DNA of 64,000 bases from Candidatus Kaiserbacteria bacterium (GTDB taxonomy: Bacteria > Patescibacteriota > Minisyncoccia > Phycocordibacterales > Phycocordibacteraceae). The stretch is from the NCBI GenBank assembly GCA_027451665.1, contig DAIDIW010000001.1:159773-223772 (forward strand), given 5' to 3'. Numbering within the stretch: the stretch's first letter is position 1; the number at the start of each line of letters is the position of its first letter. Below, one piece after another: positions 36,323-46,334 of this stretch. Position numbers and translations under genes: made by a program. Below the pieces are notes generated by a model. It saw only the letters and a program-made list of their open reading frames with translations, did no database searches and was not told the DNA's origin.

Positions 36323-37194
36323 ATGATGACCCGTCGATCCTTTGTTCTGATGATTGTCATACTCGGACTAAACGTCATTCCGGTCCGTGTACTTGCGGCA
36401 CCACTGTTCACGCAGAATCTTCGGGAGGGAGATACGAGCGTGAGCGTTTCAGTACTCCAATCATTTCTTGATACGCACGGCTTTCCCGTCGCGGTAACCG
36501 GCCCAGGATCCGTAAACGCTACGACCGATTACTTTGGCACGCTTACGAAGGCGGCTCTCATTCATTTGTAGGACGCGAATGTCGCACAGATTCTTACACC
36601 AGTCGGACTTGAACGCGGTACAGGGTATTTCGGACCTTCCACGCATGCTTTCATCAACAGGTACCTTGCGAGCACCACGCCTCTTGCCGTCAGTGCCACG
36701 ACCTCCCCTGCGACCGTTATCGCGACTTCGACGGCAACCTCGACATTGTCGGTGCCGAGCGCGCCGACAGACCTAACGCGATCTGTGAGCTTCCTCAAGT
36801 ACGGCTATCGTGGACTCCTTCAGCAGGGGCGACGTCGTATGTAGTTCAACGCGAGGGGAGCCACACCGGCTTCGCGGTACTCGCAAGCACGTCTGCGGCG
36901 TGGTATCTCGATACGCAGGTAGTGACGGGTCGGACTTATGAGTATCGGGTGCTCGCTTGCAATGCATCCGGGACAAGTACGCCCTCATCGACAGTCACCG
37001 CCTATCTTACGAATCCGGACGCGAGCAGCCCCGCCCCTCAGCTTTCTTCGGCTAACTGCGACGGAACGACGGGTCCAACGTGCTCAGACGGGGCTGCATG
37101 TATAGCGACTGCTACCGGCGGCTACTGTCAGTGCGCAAAATGCTACACCGGTCCGTACTGCCAGTACGTCATCTCAGGCTGCCTTACATCCTAG
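36323..37194 (+). pseudogene. Disrupted surface-protein gene: signal peptide, PG_binding_1, Thr/Ser linker, FN3, EGF-like Cys-rich domain
   Basis: An in-frame TAG at 36569..36571 falls inside the PG-binding fold, which continues in the same frame (…AALIHL*DANVAQILTPVGLERGTGYFGPST…). The FN3 N-terminus (SAPTDLT…) is in frame 2 while the rest (…VRLSWTPSAGATSYVVQ…TYEYRVLACNASG) is in frame 1, implying an indel near 36780..36800. The C-terminus is CDGTTGPTCSDGAACIATATGGYCQCAKCYTGPYCQ. Confidence 0.5.
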
Positions 37195-37218
37195 TGAGCG
37201 CTCCGTGTTCCGGGGCGA

Positions 37219-37386
37219 TTATCGGAGATAGCGCAGGTAGAAGGCGCCGAAGAGGAGGACGATTCCGACGTTCACCATCAATCGTTCCCACGTATGCGAC
37301 GAGCTCCTGAAAAAGAGCACGTCGATGCCCGCGATGAGCGCGATCATCGCGAGAAGGTAAAGCGAGACGAGCATCGATCGAGTCAT
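37219..37386 (-). CDS. Small hydrophobic protein (55 aa) downstream of msrA
   Basis: The ORF MTRSMLVSLYLLAMIALIAGIDVLFFRSS…, below the track's 60-aa cutoff. Speculative. Confidence 0.25.
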   Translation of the reverse strand: MTRSMLVSLYLLAMIALIAGIDVLFFRSSSHTWERLMVNVGIVLLFGAFYLRYLR

Positions 37387-37441
37387 GTCTCCATGATAGC
37401 GCTTTTACGCTGCGAGGCGAGACGAAGCCAGTGCGTAGACG

Positions 37442-37996
37442 TCAGGGCGTCCTGCGGCGGTGCGCGGAAAGGAGCCCCGAGAACTGCTGCTGCACCTTCT
37501 GCAGTTTCGGCGCGATGATGATCTGGCAGTAGCCCTGATTCGCATTGCGCGCATAGTAGTCGAGATGTTCGGGCTCTGCTGGGAAGAAATGTTCGAGCGG
37601 CGCGAGCTCGGTCGCGATTGGCGCGCCTTCCGAGGCCGATGCCTCAAGTGCCTCGATGAATGACGCAGCTTCGCGTCGCTGCGCGTCGGAGCTGTAAAGG
37701 ATGATCGAACGATACTGCGTGCCAACATCGTTCCCTTGGCGGTTCACCTGTGTCGCGTCGTGCGTCGCGAAGAAGACCGTCATAAGATCTCGGTAGGAGA
37801 TCTGCGCAGGATCGAACGTGATGCGTATAACCTCTGCGTGGCCAGTCGTGCCGCTCGAAACGCTGCGGTAGGTGGGGTGTTCGGTCGTGCCGCCGGCGTA
37901 GCCCGGCTCCACGGAGACAACGCCGCGGAGCATCCGGAACACCGCTTCTGTGCACCAGAAGCATCCGCCGCCGAAGACTGCGATCTCAGGGTTCAT
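37442..37996 (-). CDS. msrA: Peptide methionine sulfoxide reductase MsrA
   Basis: GCFWC active-site motif. The start overlaps the msrB stop (ATGA). Confidence 0.9.
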   Translation of the reverse strand: MNPEIAVFGGGCFWCTEAVFRMLRGVVSVEPGYAGGTTEHPTYRSVSSGTTGHAEVIRITFDPAQISYRDLMTVFFATHDATQVNRQGNDVGTQYRSIILYSSDAQRREAASFIEALEASASEGAPIATELAPLEHFFPAEPEHLDYYARNANQGYCQIIIAPKLQKVQQQFSGLLSAHRRRTP

Positions 37997-38382
37997 GATT
38001 CTTCGAGGTCGAGGCACACCGAATTGATGCAATAGCGCTTTCCGGTATCAGTCGGACCGTCGTCGAATACATGCCCCAGATGTGAACCGCACGTCGCGCA
38101 GCGCACCTCGGTCCGGTGCATTCCGTGCGAATCATCCTGGGTAAGTTCGACCGCGCCGGGAAGCGCCGAATCGAACGAAGGCCATCCGGAACCGGAGTCG
38201 AACTTCGCATCCGATGCGAAGAGTTTTGCGCCGCACACCTTGCAGGAGAACGTGCCGTCCTCTTCCGCGTGCAGGAGCTCGCCCGAGAACGGTGCTTCCG
38301 TCTTTCCCTCGCGCAAGACGGCGTATTCCTCGGGCGTCAGCCGTGCGCGCAGCGCCTCTTCAGAGAAATCATACGTGTCCAT
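37993..38382 (-). CDS. msrB: Peptide methionine (R)-S-oxide reductase MsrB
   Basis: CxxC…CxxC zinc site and RYCINS catalytic motif. Internal Met start. The track's N-terminal extension was rejected. Confidence 0.85.
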   Translation of the reverse strand: MDTYDFSEEALRARLTPEEYAVLREGKTEAPFSGELLHAEEDGTFSCKVCGAKLFASDAKFDSGSGWPSFDSALPGAVELTQDDSHGMHRTEVRCATCGSHLGHVFDDGPTDTGKRYCINSVCLDLEES

Positions 38383-38425
38383 AGTGACGATAGTATAGCG
38401 CTCTCTCAGGGACTCCGGGTGTATA

Positions 38426-38731
38426 GTGACGTCCATGAAAGCGGCCCCTGGAACGGTGCACACATTGCCTGCCGATCTGCGGAAGACGCTCCTCGCATCG
38501 TCCGCGGTGCTTACGAAGTGGGAGAGCCTCACACCCTTGGCGCGCAATGAATGGATCTGCTGGACGATATCGGTGAAGCAGGCAGCCACGCGCAAGGATC
38601 ACGTGCGACGAGTCGTATCGGAACTCAAGGGTGGCATGCGCCGCCCGTGTTGCTGGATCGGCTGCATCCATCGAATGGACAAGTCGATAAGCCCATCCGT
38701 GCGCTCCATCCTGAAGAACCGGTCGCGTTAA
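38426..38731 (+). CDS. YdeI/OmpD-associated family (DUF1801-like) protein
   Basis: [33 protein letters not shown] matches the family's nEwI.WI…TR..RI core. Confidence 0.5.
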   Translation: MTSMKAAPGTVHTLPADLRKTLLASSAVLTKWESLTPLARNEWICWTISVKQAATRKDHVRRVVSELKGGMRRPCCWIGCIHRMDKSISPSVRSILKNRSR

Positions 38732-38780
38732 ATGCGCTCTGACCCACGGAAACGCACGGCGCAGAGCGTCGCGCGTTCCC

Positions 38781-39890
38781 TCAGCTCCAGCGAAAGAGCC
38801 GGAAGGCGATCACGTAGACGACGGCGAGCCAGAGGCAGACGAGCGCGAGCTGCGGAGCGACGCCCACGAGCGACTTGCCTTCGGTCGCGATCATCCGCAG
38901 GCCGTCGATGACCGGCGTGAGCGGGAAGTACGAGGAGATCGTCTGCACCCAGCCCGGCATGAGGTAGCGCGGGAAGAAGGTACCGGAGAGGAAGAGCATC
39001 GGGAAGGTGATGATGTTCGACAATGGTGCTGCCTGGCTCTGGTCTTTCGCCCAGCCACCGATCGCGAGCCCGATACCGAGTACCATCACGATTGACAGGA
39101 GAAGGAAGACGATGAGGTCCAGATAGTTTCCAATGACTTTGAGGTGGAAGAAGAATATGCCGACGAAGAACATCGCTGCAACGGTCACGAGCCCGGTCGT
39201 TGCCTGTGAGATCGCCGTCGCGATGAAATACTGGGAGACGCGCAGTGGGGTCGTATGGAGCCGCCGCAGCACGCCGAGCCGTTTCAGTTCAGGGAAGACG
39301 TTCGACGGGCCGAATATGCCGATGCCCATGAGCGCGAAGCCCAGGAGTCCAGCGAAGGTGTAGTCGAAGGAGGTGAGGCCCTGCTGCCCGGTCTCGCGCG
39401 TTGCGACCGTGAACGGAAAGACGGTCGACACGAAGTGCGCGTTCAGCGGCTCGAATTCGCTCGTGAGGAGAGAGGCGAGCGCCTGCGCTCCTTGCGCGTT
39501 CGTGTGCGCATAGTAGACGAGCGCTTGTCCCGACGGCGTCGTGCTGCCCGCCGCCTTCTCGCCGAAGGACGGCGGCAGCACGATCGCCGCATCAAGGCTC
39601 CCTTGCTCGAGCTTCTGTTTAGCCGCGGTGAGATTCGTGAGCGTCGGATCGATCTTGAGGACGGTGCTTGAGGCCATCGACTCCGTCACCTTCGTCGCGA
39701 TCGTCGTGGTGGACTCGTTCAGGAGCGCGACTTTGAACGAGACGGCGTTATTCCCTCCGAAGATGCCGCCGAGCACGAAGAGAATGACGAGCGGGAAGAG
39801 CAGTCCGAAGAAGATAGCGACGCGATTGCGAAAGAATCGCTTCGTATTCACTTTCGAGAAGACGTAGATCGTATTATAAAGGTAGTCCAT
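38781..39890 (-). CDS. ABC-2 type transporter permease with a large extracytoplasmic loop
   Basis: One N-terminal TM segment, a ~170-aa loop, then five C-terminal TM segments. The start abuts the upstream ATPase stop. Confidence 0.75.
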   Translation of the reverse strand: MDYLYNTIYVFSKVNTKRFFRNRVAIFFGLLFPLVILFVLGGIFGGNNAVSFKVALLNESTTTIATKVTESMASSTVLKIDPTLTNLTAAKQKLEQGSLDAAIVLPPSFGEKAAGSTTPSGQALVYYAHTNAQGAQALASLLTSEFEPLNAHFVSTVFPFTVATRETGQQGLTSFDYTFAGLLGFALMGIGIFGPSNVFPELKRLGVLRRLHTTPLRVSQYFIATAISQATTGLVTVAAMFFVGIFFFHLKVIGNYLDLIVFLLLSIVMVLGIGLAIGGWAKDQSQAAPLSNIITFPMLFLSGTFFPRYLMPGWVQTISSYFPLTPVIDGLRMIATEGKSLVGVAPQLALVCLWLAVVYVIAFRLFRWS

Positions 39891-39891
39891 A

Positions 39892-40653
39892 TCAGTCGCG
39901 GAGTTCCTTGCCGGTGAGGTCGATGAATACGTCCTCGAGATCCGCTTGCTCGACGCGTTGCTCCTTTTGGAAGCCACGTGATAGGAGCGCGCGGATGAGG
40001 TTTACCGGCGTGTCGAGCGCTACGATTTTACCGGTATCCATGATAGCGATTCGGTCGCAGAGGTAGCGAGCCTCGTCCATGTAATGAGTGGTGAGCACGA
40101 CTGTGATGCCCTGCGCACGCACCTCGCGCACGAGTTCCCAGAGATTGCGGCGTGCCTGCGGATCAAGCCCGGTCGTAGGCTCGTCCATGAAGAAAACTTT
40201 CGGTTTATGCACGAGGGCTGCCGCTATCGACAGCCGCTGTCGTTGGCCACCCGAGAGGTCTTCAACGAAGCTGTCTGCTTTCTCCGCGAGCCCCACGCTT
40301 CGCAGCGATTCAAGCGGATCCGTACGCATGCCGTAGGCGGCTGCGAAGAGCTCGAGCACCTCGGAGAGCGTGGTCTTGTCCTGGAAGCCGGGTGCCTGCG
40401 GCTGAACGCCAATGAGCTGCTTCACTTTCGCCGGTTCCTTCGCAACATCCGCTCCCGCGAGCGTGATCGAGCCGGAGGTTATGGGCGTAAGCGTCTCGAT
40501 CATCTCGAGCGTCGTCGTCTTTCCCGCGCCGTTCGGCCCGAGTATTCCGAAGATCTCGCCTTCGGCGACCGCAAACGATATGCCGCGCACGGCCTGCGTC
40601 CCCGTGTCGTAGGTTTTCGTAACATCCTGTACCGAGAGGATCGAACGGTCCAT
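39892..40653 (-). CDS. ABC transporter ATP-binding protein
   Basis: Walker A GPNGAGKTT, signature LSGGQRQR, Walker B FFMDEPT. Confidence 0.85.
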   Translation of the reverse strand: MDRSILSVQDVTKTYDTGTQAVRGISFAVAEGEIFGILGPNGAGKTTTLEMIETLTPITSGSITLAGADVAKEPAKVKQLIGVQPQAPGFQDKTTLSEVLELFAAAYGMRTDPLESLRSVGLAEKADSFVEDLSGGQRQRLSIAAALVHKPKVFFMDEPTTGLDPQARRNLWELVREVRAQGITVVLTTHYMDEARYLCDRIAIMDTGKIVALDTPVNLIRALLSRGFQKEQRVEQADLEDVFIDLTGKELRD

Positions 40654-40727
40654 GAGAACTACAGTATACCAGCGCTCGGATGAAGCGCAGCGTACGCGAC
40701 CTCCGGACTAGCGCCGGATGCTATCGT

Positions 40728-41267
40728 ATGCGTATGACACGCGTTCTCGTCATAGGCGCACTCGTCGTTCTCCTCGCAGTCGGGGCGCTGCTCATGTGGA
40801 AGCGTTCCGCTCAAACGCCGCGTTTTACAGAGACGTCCGTGTCGGGAAGCGTTCAAGCGCCGGTCGCGACCAGTTCGTCAGAGATGCATCTCGCAGTCGT
40901 TCTTTATCCTCTATACAGCCGCGCATCCTGGAGCCGGATTGTTGCAGAAACCGTGACGATGGGCACGACCACGTACTCCGGTGCGTATGCGACGTCGACC
41001 GCAATCGATGCAGGCATGAATCCCGGTGCCGTGCTTACGCCGTTCACCGATTATTATGACCGGCTCTTGAAATCGCGAGGCTGGCGCGTCGCAAATGACC
41101 TTGCTGCAGGCGGTCATGTGGGCGGGCAGACCGGCTATCGGAACGGTCCGGACACGATTCTCGTCGGCTATCGCATCGACTATAGCATCGTGCCGAAAAA
41201 TGCACCGTCGCAATGTCCGTGCACCGTAAGCCTCTCGCTTTTTTCGTCGGGAACCGGCGGTAGGTAA
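40728..41267 (+). CDS. Hypothetical membrane-anchored protein
   Basis: N-terminal TM (MRMTRVLVIGALVVLLAVGALLMW) plus a globular domain. No family recognised. Confidence 0.4.
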   Translation: MRMTRVLVIGALVVLLAVGALLMWKRSAQTPRFTETSVSGSVQAPVATSSSEMHLAVVLYPLYSRASWSRIVAETVTMGTTTYSGAYATSTAIDAGMNPGAVLTPFTDYYDRLLKSRGWRVANDLAAGGHVGGQTGYRNGPDTILVGYRIDYSIVPKNAPSQCPCTVSLSLFSSGTGGR

Positions 41268-41353
41268 GCAAATGTGCGGCGCATCCCTTGTGCATGAAAT
41301 TAAGATGGGCCGCTCCTAGAGCGGCCCATAAGCAGTCGACACAGACTAGCGAA

Positions 41354-41737
41354 CTATGAGTATCGGTACTGAAGGATGCCTCCGCCGCTCGTGAATGCCT
41401 CACTGAGGAATGACATCCCGTCCGGCGTCCCGAACCATTGTATGATCGTTGCGGCCGTCAGGTAGGTTACGTCCCACTCCCGCAGCGACCGAGCGACCAT
41501 GATGTTGCGCGGGCTCGATTCACTGGCAAGGAGCCTGAAAAGCAGCGAGTTCCCCGTATTGCGTCTGGCCCAACAGATGGCAAGTGCCCGCCCGACGCGC
41601 TGCACGTCTTCACTTGTCTTATGGTCTATAAGCAGCAGGTCTTCGAAATGAAGACCTTGATGGTGAGCGGGCACCTTGTTGGTGAGTGCGAGCACATTGT
41701 TCACTGCGCTGCTGATGGCATCATTGCTTTCCGGCAT
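41354..41737 (-). CDS. Hypothetical protein, divergent from the coiled-coil peptidase gene
   Basis: ORF with start taken at MPESNDAISS…. No family recognised. Confidence 0.3.
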   Translation of the reverse strand: MPESNDAISSAVNNVLALTNKVPAHHQGLHFEDLLLIDHKTSEDVQRVGRALAICWARRNTGNSLLFRLLASESSPRNIMVARSLREWDVTYLTAATIIQWFGTPDGMSFLSEAFTSGGGILQYRYS

Positions 41738-41862
41738 GAGCAGTCTCCTCTGGCTGGCGTATGGTAATGAACGTTCGCGACCCATCCTAGCCTACCTGGC
41801 TCCTGGCGCAAGCTTTGGCGTACCCGCGCCTCTAGGCGAATGAAGATGGTAGAATCCTTAGA

Positions 41863-43110
41863 ATGAGACGGTTCGGGTCGCTCTTAGGCATCGCTACGCT
41901 CATATTCCTGAATCTAGGCGGAGGATTTCGGGATATACCGGTCGCCCATGCGGCTACCAGTTCTTCCGTACAGGATCAGATAAGCGCACAGCAGGCTGAG
42001 ATTTCGCAGCTGAACGCGGAGATTGCGAAATATGAGGCGGAGATACAGCAAACCGGGGCGGATAAGCAAACCATCCAAGCGGCCATCAACGCGCTTGATC
42101 TGCAGCGCGAAAAGGTGCAGACGCAGGTGAACGCGACTCAGCGTCAGTTGAACGTGACGCAGCTGCAACTTTCACAGATCGATATCACCATTTCCGATAC
42201 CCAGAGCGCGATTCAGGCGAACCAAGCTGCGCTCGCGTCAGACGTGCGTAGCTTGCAACGAACCGATGATCAGCCGCTCCTCGTGCAGGTGCTCTCATCG
42301 GGTAGTCTCGCGCAAGCGTGGAGCGATACTGACGCGACGCTTGAAGTGCAGCGCGCCATCCAGACGAAAGTGCAGACGCTCCATGATCAGGAGACGCAGC
42401 TCACGCTTCAGCAGCAGCAGGCGAGTGCGAAGAAGGATCAGCTTGCGACGCAGAAGCAGACGCTTACCTCCCAGCAGGCGAACCTCATGCAGGCGAAGCG
42501 CGCCAAAGCGGAACTCCTCGCTCAGACGAACGCGAAACAGACGCAGTACGAAAAACTTCTCGCGCAAGCGAAAGCCGAGATCTCAAGCTTTTCGACGTTT
42601 GCGCAGAACGCGGGCGGTTCTGGCTTGCTCGCCAATCAGACCAGGTGCGACGCATGGGGCTGCTATTACAATCAACGTGATAGCGCATGGGGCAATATCC
42701 CCCTGAACGGCACGCAGTACAAGCTTAAAAGCGATGGCTGTCTTCTGACCGCGATGGCCATGGTCATGACCCACTACGGTTATCGAGACGTCACGCCGCT
42801 CACGATAAACGCGAACCCGGGTAACTTTGCCGTGTATTATCCGGCCTACCTCCTCTTCACCATTACCGCCGATAGCGTAACTGCGACCCGCAAGTCCGCG
42901 TACATCGACGCGACCCTCGCAAGCGGAAACCCGGTCATCGTGGGGATTCACGCCTATGGCGGCACCCACTACGTCGTGCTCACGAGCGGGGCGCGCGGCA
43001 ACTACCTCATGCGCGATCCTTACATCGCGAATGCTGATGACGTGCCGTTCTCCGCGCACTACCGCATGAGCCAGATCTTCAGCGCCGCGCGCGTGATTAT
43101 CGGCGCGTGA
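41863..43110 (+). CDS. Secreted coiled-coil protein with a C-terminal C39-like/CHAP-like cysteine peptidase domain (PcsB-like architecture)
   Basis: Signal peptide. About 230 aa of Q/A/L-rich heptad coiled coil. C-terminal …SAWGNIPL…KSDGCLLTAMAMVMTHYGY…GGTHYVVL… with candidate Cys/His catalytic residues. Confidence 0.6.
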   Translation: MRRFGSLLGIATLIFLNLGGGFRDIPVAHAATSSSVQDQISAQQAEISQLNAEIAKYEAEIQQTGADKQTIQAAINALDLQREKVQTQVNATQRQLNVTQLQLSQIDITISDTQSAIQANQAALASDVRSLQRTDDQPLLVQVLSSGSLAQAWSDTDATLEVQRAIQTKVQTLHDQETQLTLQQQQASAKKDQLATQKQTLTSQQANLMQAKRAKAELLAQTNAKQTQYEKLLAQAKAEISSFSTFAQNAGGSGLLANQTRCDAWGCYYNQRDSAWGNIPLNGTQYKLKSDGCLLTAMAMVMTHYGYRDVTPLTINANPGNFAVYYPAYLLFTITADSVTATRKSAYIDATLASGNPVIVGIHAYGGTHYVVLTSGARGNYLMRDPYIANADDVPFSAHYRMSQIFSAARVIIGA

Positions 43111-43191
43111 GCAGGTTCCTTAAAGGAATACGCCTGGGCACGGATGTGCCCAGGCGTTTCATAGCGATATCGGTCTGTGAGTGCGGATGTG

Positions 43192-43995
43192 CTACTCCGC
43201 TGGTTTGGCGTCGTAGAGAGCTTTGGCGCGACATAGAACGGCGAGCGTCTGTTCTTTCGTGAGACGTCGCTTCGTAATCCCAAGCGCACCTCGAATGCTA
43301 GACGCGACCGCGTTCGCGGATTTTTCCGAGGAGTATCGTCCCGCATCCGCGAGTTCCTTCCCTTGAAGACCTCGGAGCATATGGCGGAAGATTTCAAGCT
43401 GTCGCGGGGAAAGGTGCCCGATCAAGGATGCCGCACGATGTGCCATCAATTCGAGTTCCTCTACGGAAGCTGGGTTGGACACGGTGCGTTCAAGACGTTG
43501 TGGAGATTGCACCGATCCTGTAACAGTCGCTCCTTGAGTGCGGTCGGGGCACGGTGCGCGCATTCGGCTGCTGCGCGTCTCACAGTGGAGCCCGCTCGCT
43601 CTCTCGAGCTGCGCTTTCCGTATGAGCTCCTCGCGCTCGTCGCGCGGCAGATGATCGATCATCGCTCTGATGCAGATACTATGAAAGTTGCGGTCAATGT
43701 CCTCGAGACTACAGCTCATCTCCTCGGCTATCTGGATCCAGCTGAGCCCGTTGGACATATACGTAAGACACGCTTCGAGTTCGGCGCTCATCTTATCCTG
43801 CACCCGGTCTAGCGCGTTTATTACGTCTTGTTCTACAAGCGATAGGGTACTCTGTGCGCGAGTGCGTGCTTCCATCGGTTTCTCCCATTGGTACGGCTCT
43901 GAAAGGTCTTGAACCTGTTCCACTCTACGCATGGGGAACATTTTCAGCAAGCGAGCGCTCGGTCCTTCGCCTCCTGCGTCGATGTATTGAACCAC
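43192..43995 (-). CDS. Transcriptional regulator with two LuxR/GerE-type (sigma-70 region-4-like) HTH segments
   Basis: LSPRQLEIFRHMLRGLQGKELADAGRYSSEKSANAVASSIRGALGI and LTYMSNGLSWIQIAEEMSCSLEDIDRNF. The start is uncertain. Confidence 0.45.
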   Translation of the reverse strand: MVQYIDAGGEGPSARLLKMFPMRRVEQVQDLSEPYQWEKPMEARTRAQSTLSLVEQDVINALDRVQDKMSAELEACLTYMSNGLSWIQIAEEMSCSLEDIDRNFHSICIRAMIDHLPRDEREELIRKAQLERASGLHCETRSSRMRAPCPDRTQGATVTGSVQSPQRLERTVSNPASVEELELMAHRAASLIGHLSPRQLEIFRHMLRGLQGKELADAGRYSSEKSANAVASSIRGALGITKRRLTKEQTLAVLCRAKALYDAKPAE

Positions 43996-44121
43996 AGACG
44001 TGCGACTCTGCGTTTTGTATCTACCGTCGTCGGTTCGCGCCCTTACCGTATACGATTGGTCTCTTCTCGAATCTTCTCGTACGCACTCACACCGTCCATA
44101 AAGACCGGTATACTCTTCCGC

Positions 44122-44586
44122 ATGGCGAAGGGATACTGGCTCATGAAGACGGAACCGAGCGAGTTCTCGATCGACGACCTATCGCGCATCAAGGTGGAGC
44201 CATGGACGGGCGTGCGCAATTACCAGGCGCGCAACTATATGAAGGACGACATGCGGGTGGGGGACGAAGTGCTTATCTATCACTCGAGCTGCGAGGTGCC
44301 GGGCGTCTATGGTCTCGCGAAGGTATCGCACCTGGCGGAACCGGACGCTGCGCAATTCGATAGGAAGAGTAAGTACTTCGATGCAAAGGCGCGGCGCGAA
44401 TCGCCGCGGTGGTACGGTGTACGCGTGCGTTTCTCAAGGAAGCTGAAGTCGCCCGTGTCGCTCTCAACGCTCAGAGCGGATGGAAAATTGAAAGACCTTT
44501 TCGTATTCAAGAATGGGCGCCTTTCGATCGGCCCTCTCTCAAGACCCCAGTACGAGCGTATACTCGCGCACGCGAATAAACGCTAA
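44122..44586 (+). CDS. EVE (PUA-like) domain protein
   Basis: MAKGYWLMKTEPSEFSIDDL…VRNYQARNYMKDDMRVGDEVLIYHS… is the classic EVE N-terminus. The track start was rejected for the internal Met. Confidence 0.7.
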   Translation: MAKGYWLMKTEPSEFSIDDLSRIKVEPWTGVRNYQARNYMKDDMRVGDEVLIYHSSCEVPGVYGLAKVSHLAEPDAAQFDRKSKYFDAKARRESPRWYGVRVRFSRKLKSPVSLSTLRADGKLKDLFVFKNGRLSIGPLSRPQYERILAHANKR

Positions 44587-44591
44587 AGCTA

Positions 44592-44795
44592 CTAGCCACC
44601 TGGCGGCTTCGTGCCGTAAGTTTTCTCTAAGAATTGAGCGGTCTGTTGCGATTGCTTGAGGAGGTTCTGCGTGGATGTGGAGAGTCCGCTCGGATTCGCT
44701 GTCGGCTGCGTCGGCGCGCCACGGTCGAGGTATAGCGCAATGACGACGGCAACCGCGAGGAGTGCAAGGAAGACGGTGAACCTAGATCGTTGCAT
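44592..44795 (-). CDS. Small secreted or membrane protein (hypothetical)
   Basis: 67-aa ORF with an N-terminal TM or signal segment. Weak. Confidence 0.3.
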   Translation of the reverse strand: MQRSRFTVFLALLAVAVVIALYLDRGAPTQPTANPSGLSTSTQNLLKQSQQTAQFLEKTYGTKPPGG

Positions 44796-44863
44796 CTTCC
44801 CAGTATACCGCTGTTCGAAACCGGATCCGGAAAGGAAGGGTAAAAGAAAAGGCGAGCGTACTA

Positions 44864-45343
44864 CTACGCTCGCCAGGCCAGTTGCAATTGGAGGAACTCA
44901 TCCCCAATGTGGTTATTGCAGTCTAAGCATGCGATGACCAGATTATCCGGATGATCTGGTCCGTGCTTTCCGAGCGGAATCACATGCTCGAACGTCGGCC
45001 TTGTCATTGAGCGGGGATCGTCATCGTCAAGCGTCCGTATCCCGCAATAGCAGCAGCGCCAGTTCTGCGCCTCTGCTATCCGATCGAACAGCGTTCTCCC
45101 AAGAGGGAAGGCGCGCCAGTTGATTCGGCCCCTGTGAAGGCATCTGTTGACATCCTTTAGGTATTTTACGTTCCATGCGATCTCAATATCGAGCTTGTCG
45201 CCGTGTAGTTCCGGATTTACTCGAACAAGGGCTGCTCTGACCGCCTCGATTATCTTTTCCTCTGTAAGAAGTGCATACATCTCGCCAACCCCTTTTCCGC
45301 TGAAACTTCCAGCATCTGTGTTTAACATAACACAGTAATTCAT
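44864..45343 (-). CDS. HNH endonuclease
   Basis: CCYCG…TFEHVIP…GPDHPDNLVIACLDCNNH HNH motif. The track's N-terminal extension overlaps the + strand gene and was rejected. Confidence 0.65.
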   Translation of the reverse strand: MNYCVMLNTDAGSFSGKGVGEMYALLTEEKIIEAVRAALVRVNPELHGDKLDIEIAWNVKYLKDVNRCLHRGRINWRAFPLGRTLFDRIAEAQNWRCCYCGIRTLDDDDPRSMTRPTFEHVIPLGKHGPDHPDNLVIACLDCNNHIGDEFLQLQLAWRA

Positions 45344-45472
45344 CGTGTCAAAACGACGCGCGTAATCGCCCGCGCATCTTGCTTCCGGAAGGCATGCGGC
45401 CGACGCGCGAGGATTCCCGGGTACAACGGAGACCGAAAGCCTGGTACACTGCACGGAAGCTAACCGATATTC

Positions 45473-46216
45473 ATGAATAACTCGAATCGCAACATACTGA
45501 TCGGGGTCGTCTTGCTCATCGTCATCGGCGTCCTCGTGTGGTATTTCGCTGGCGCAGGCGTTGCGACCGGCAAGACGGTCGCCACGGTGAATGGCACGCC
45601 GATTACCGAAGCGCAGCTCGTGTCCGAAGAAGCGCAGATCGCCGCCCAACTCGGCGCGACGACCACGCCCGCTTCCACGTTCCAGACAGACGCTCTCAAT
45701 GAACTCATCGGGACGGAGCTCTTGAAGCAGGCGGCAATGAAGGCCGGCATCACGGCTTCCTCGACCCTCGTCGACCAGAAGCTCGCCTCTACGAAAGCGC
45801 AGTTCAGTTCGACGCAGGCGTACGAGCAAGCGCTTTCGGCGCAGGACATGACGGAGGCGAGTCTCCGCCAACAGATCGCTGACAGCATCCAAATCTCGGC
45901 CTTCCTAAACCAGCAGCTCAATCTGAATGCCGCAACGGCGACCCCCGCGCAGATACAGCAGGCCTATACGCAGCAGGCGGCTACGATGCAGAATCCGCCG
46001 CCGCTCGCGCAGGTGAAGAGCGAGGTGGCGCAGGCGGTCGTCGCACAGGAACAGCAGCGCATGATTGCAGCGTACGTGAGTCAGCTCCGTCAGAGTGCGA
46101 CGGTCGATATTCTCATTGCGACCTCGACGCCTGCGGCGGCTACGCCGCCCGTGACGACGGGTACCACTGCAGCTGCCCCAACCTCGACTGGAACGACGAT
46201 GCCCAAATCACATTAG
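45473..46216 (+). CDS. SurA N-terminal-domain-like periplasmic chaperone protein
   Basis: Signal anchor plus VATVNGTPITEAQL… and a Q/A-rich helical region typical of SurA/PpiD N-domain proteins. Confidence 0.55.
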   Translation: MNNSNRNILIGVVLLIVIGVLVWYFAGAGVATGKTVATVNGTPITEAQLVSEEAQIAAQLGATTTPASTFQTDALNELIGTELLKQAAMKAGITASSTLVDQKLASTKAQFSSTQAYEQALSAQDMTEASLRQQIADSIQISAFLNQQLNLNAATATPAQIQQAYTQQAATMQNPPPLAQVKSEVAQAVVAQEQQRMIAAYVSQLRQSATVDILIATSTPAAATPPVTTGTTAAAPTSTGTTMPKSH

Positions 46217-46334
46217 TAGCGGGGACCCTCGCGCCACTGAACCCGCCGCGTCCCCACCGCGGACGGGGCGGGCTTTCGTTCTTCAGGCGCAATTCACATC
46301 TCCTGTCCGCCCGGCCTAGGTTACACTTCGGTTC

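Noticed and set aside
36323-36571. Treating 36323..36571 as an intact small PG-binding protein gene
   Set aside because: The PG_binding_1 fold is incomplete at the TAG and continues in frame beyond it. Downstream domains belong to the same architecture, so a disrupted longer gene is the more parsimonious reading.
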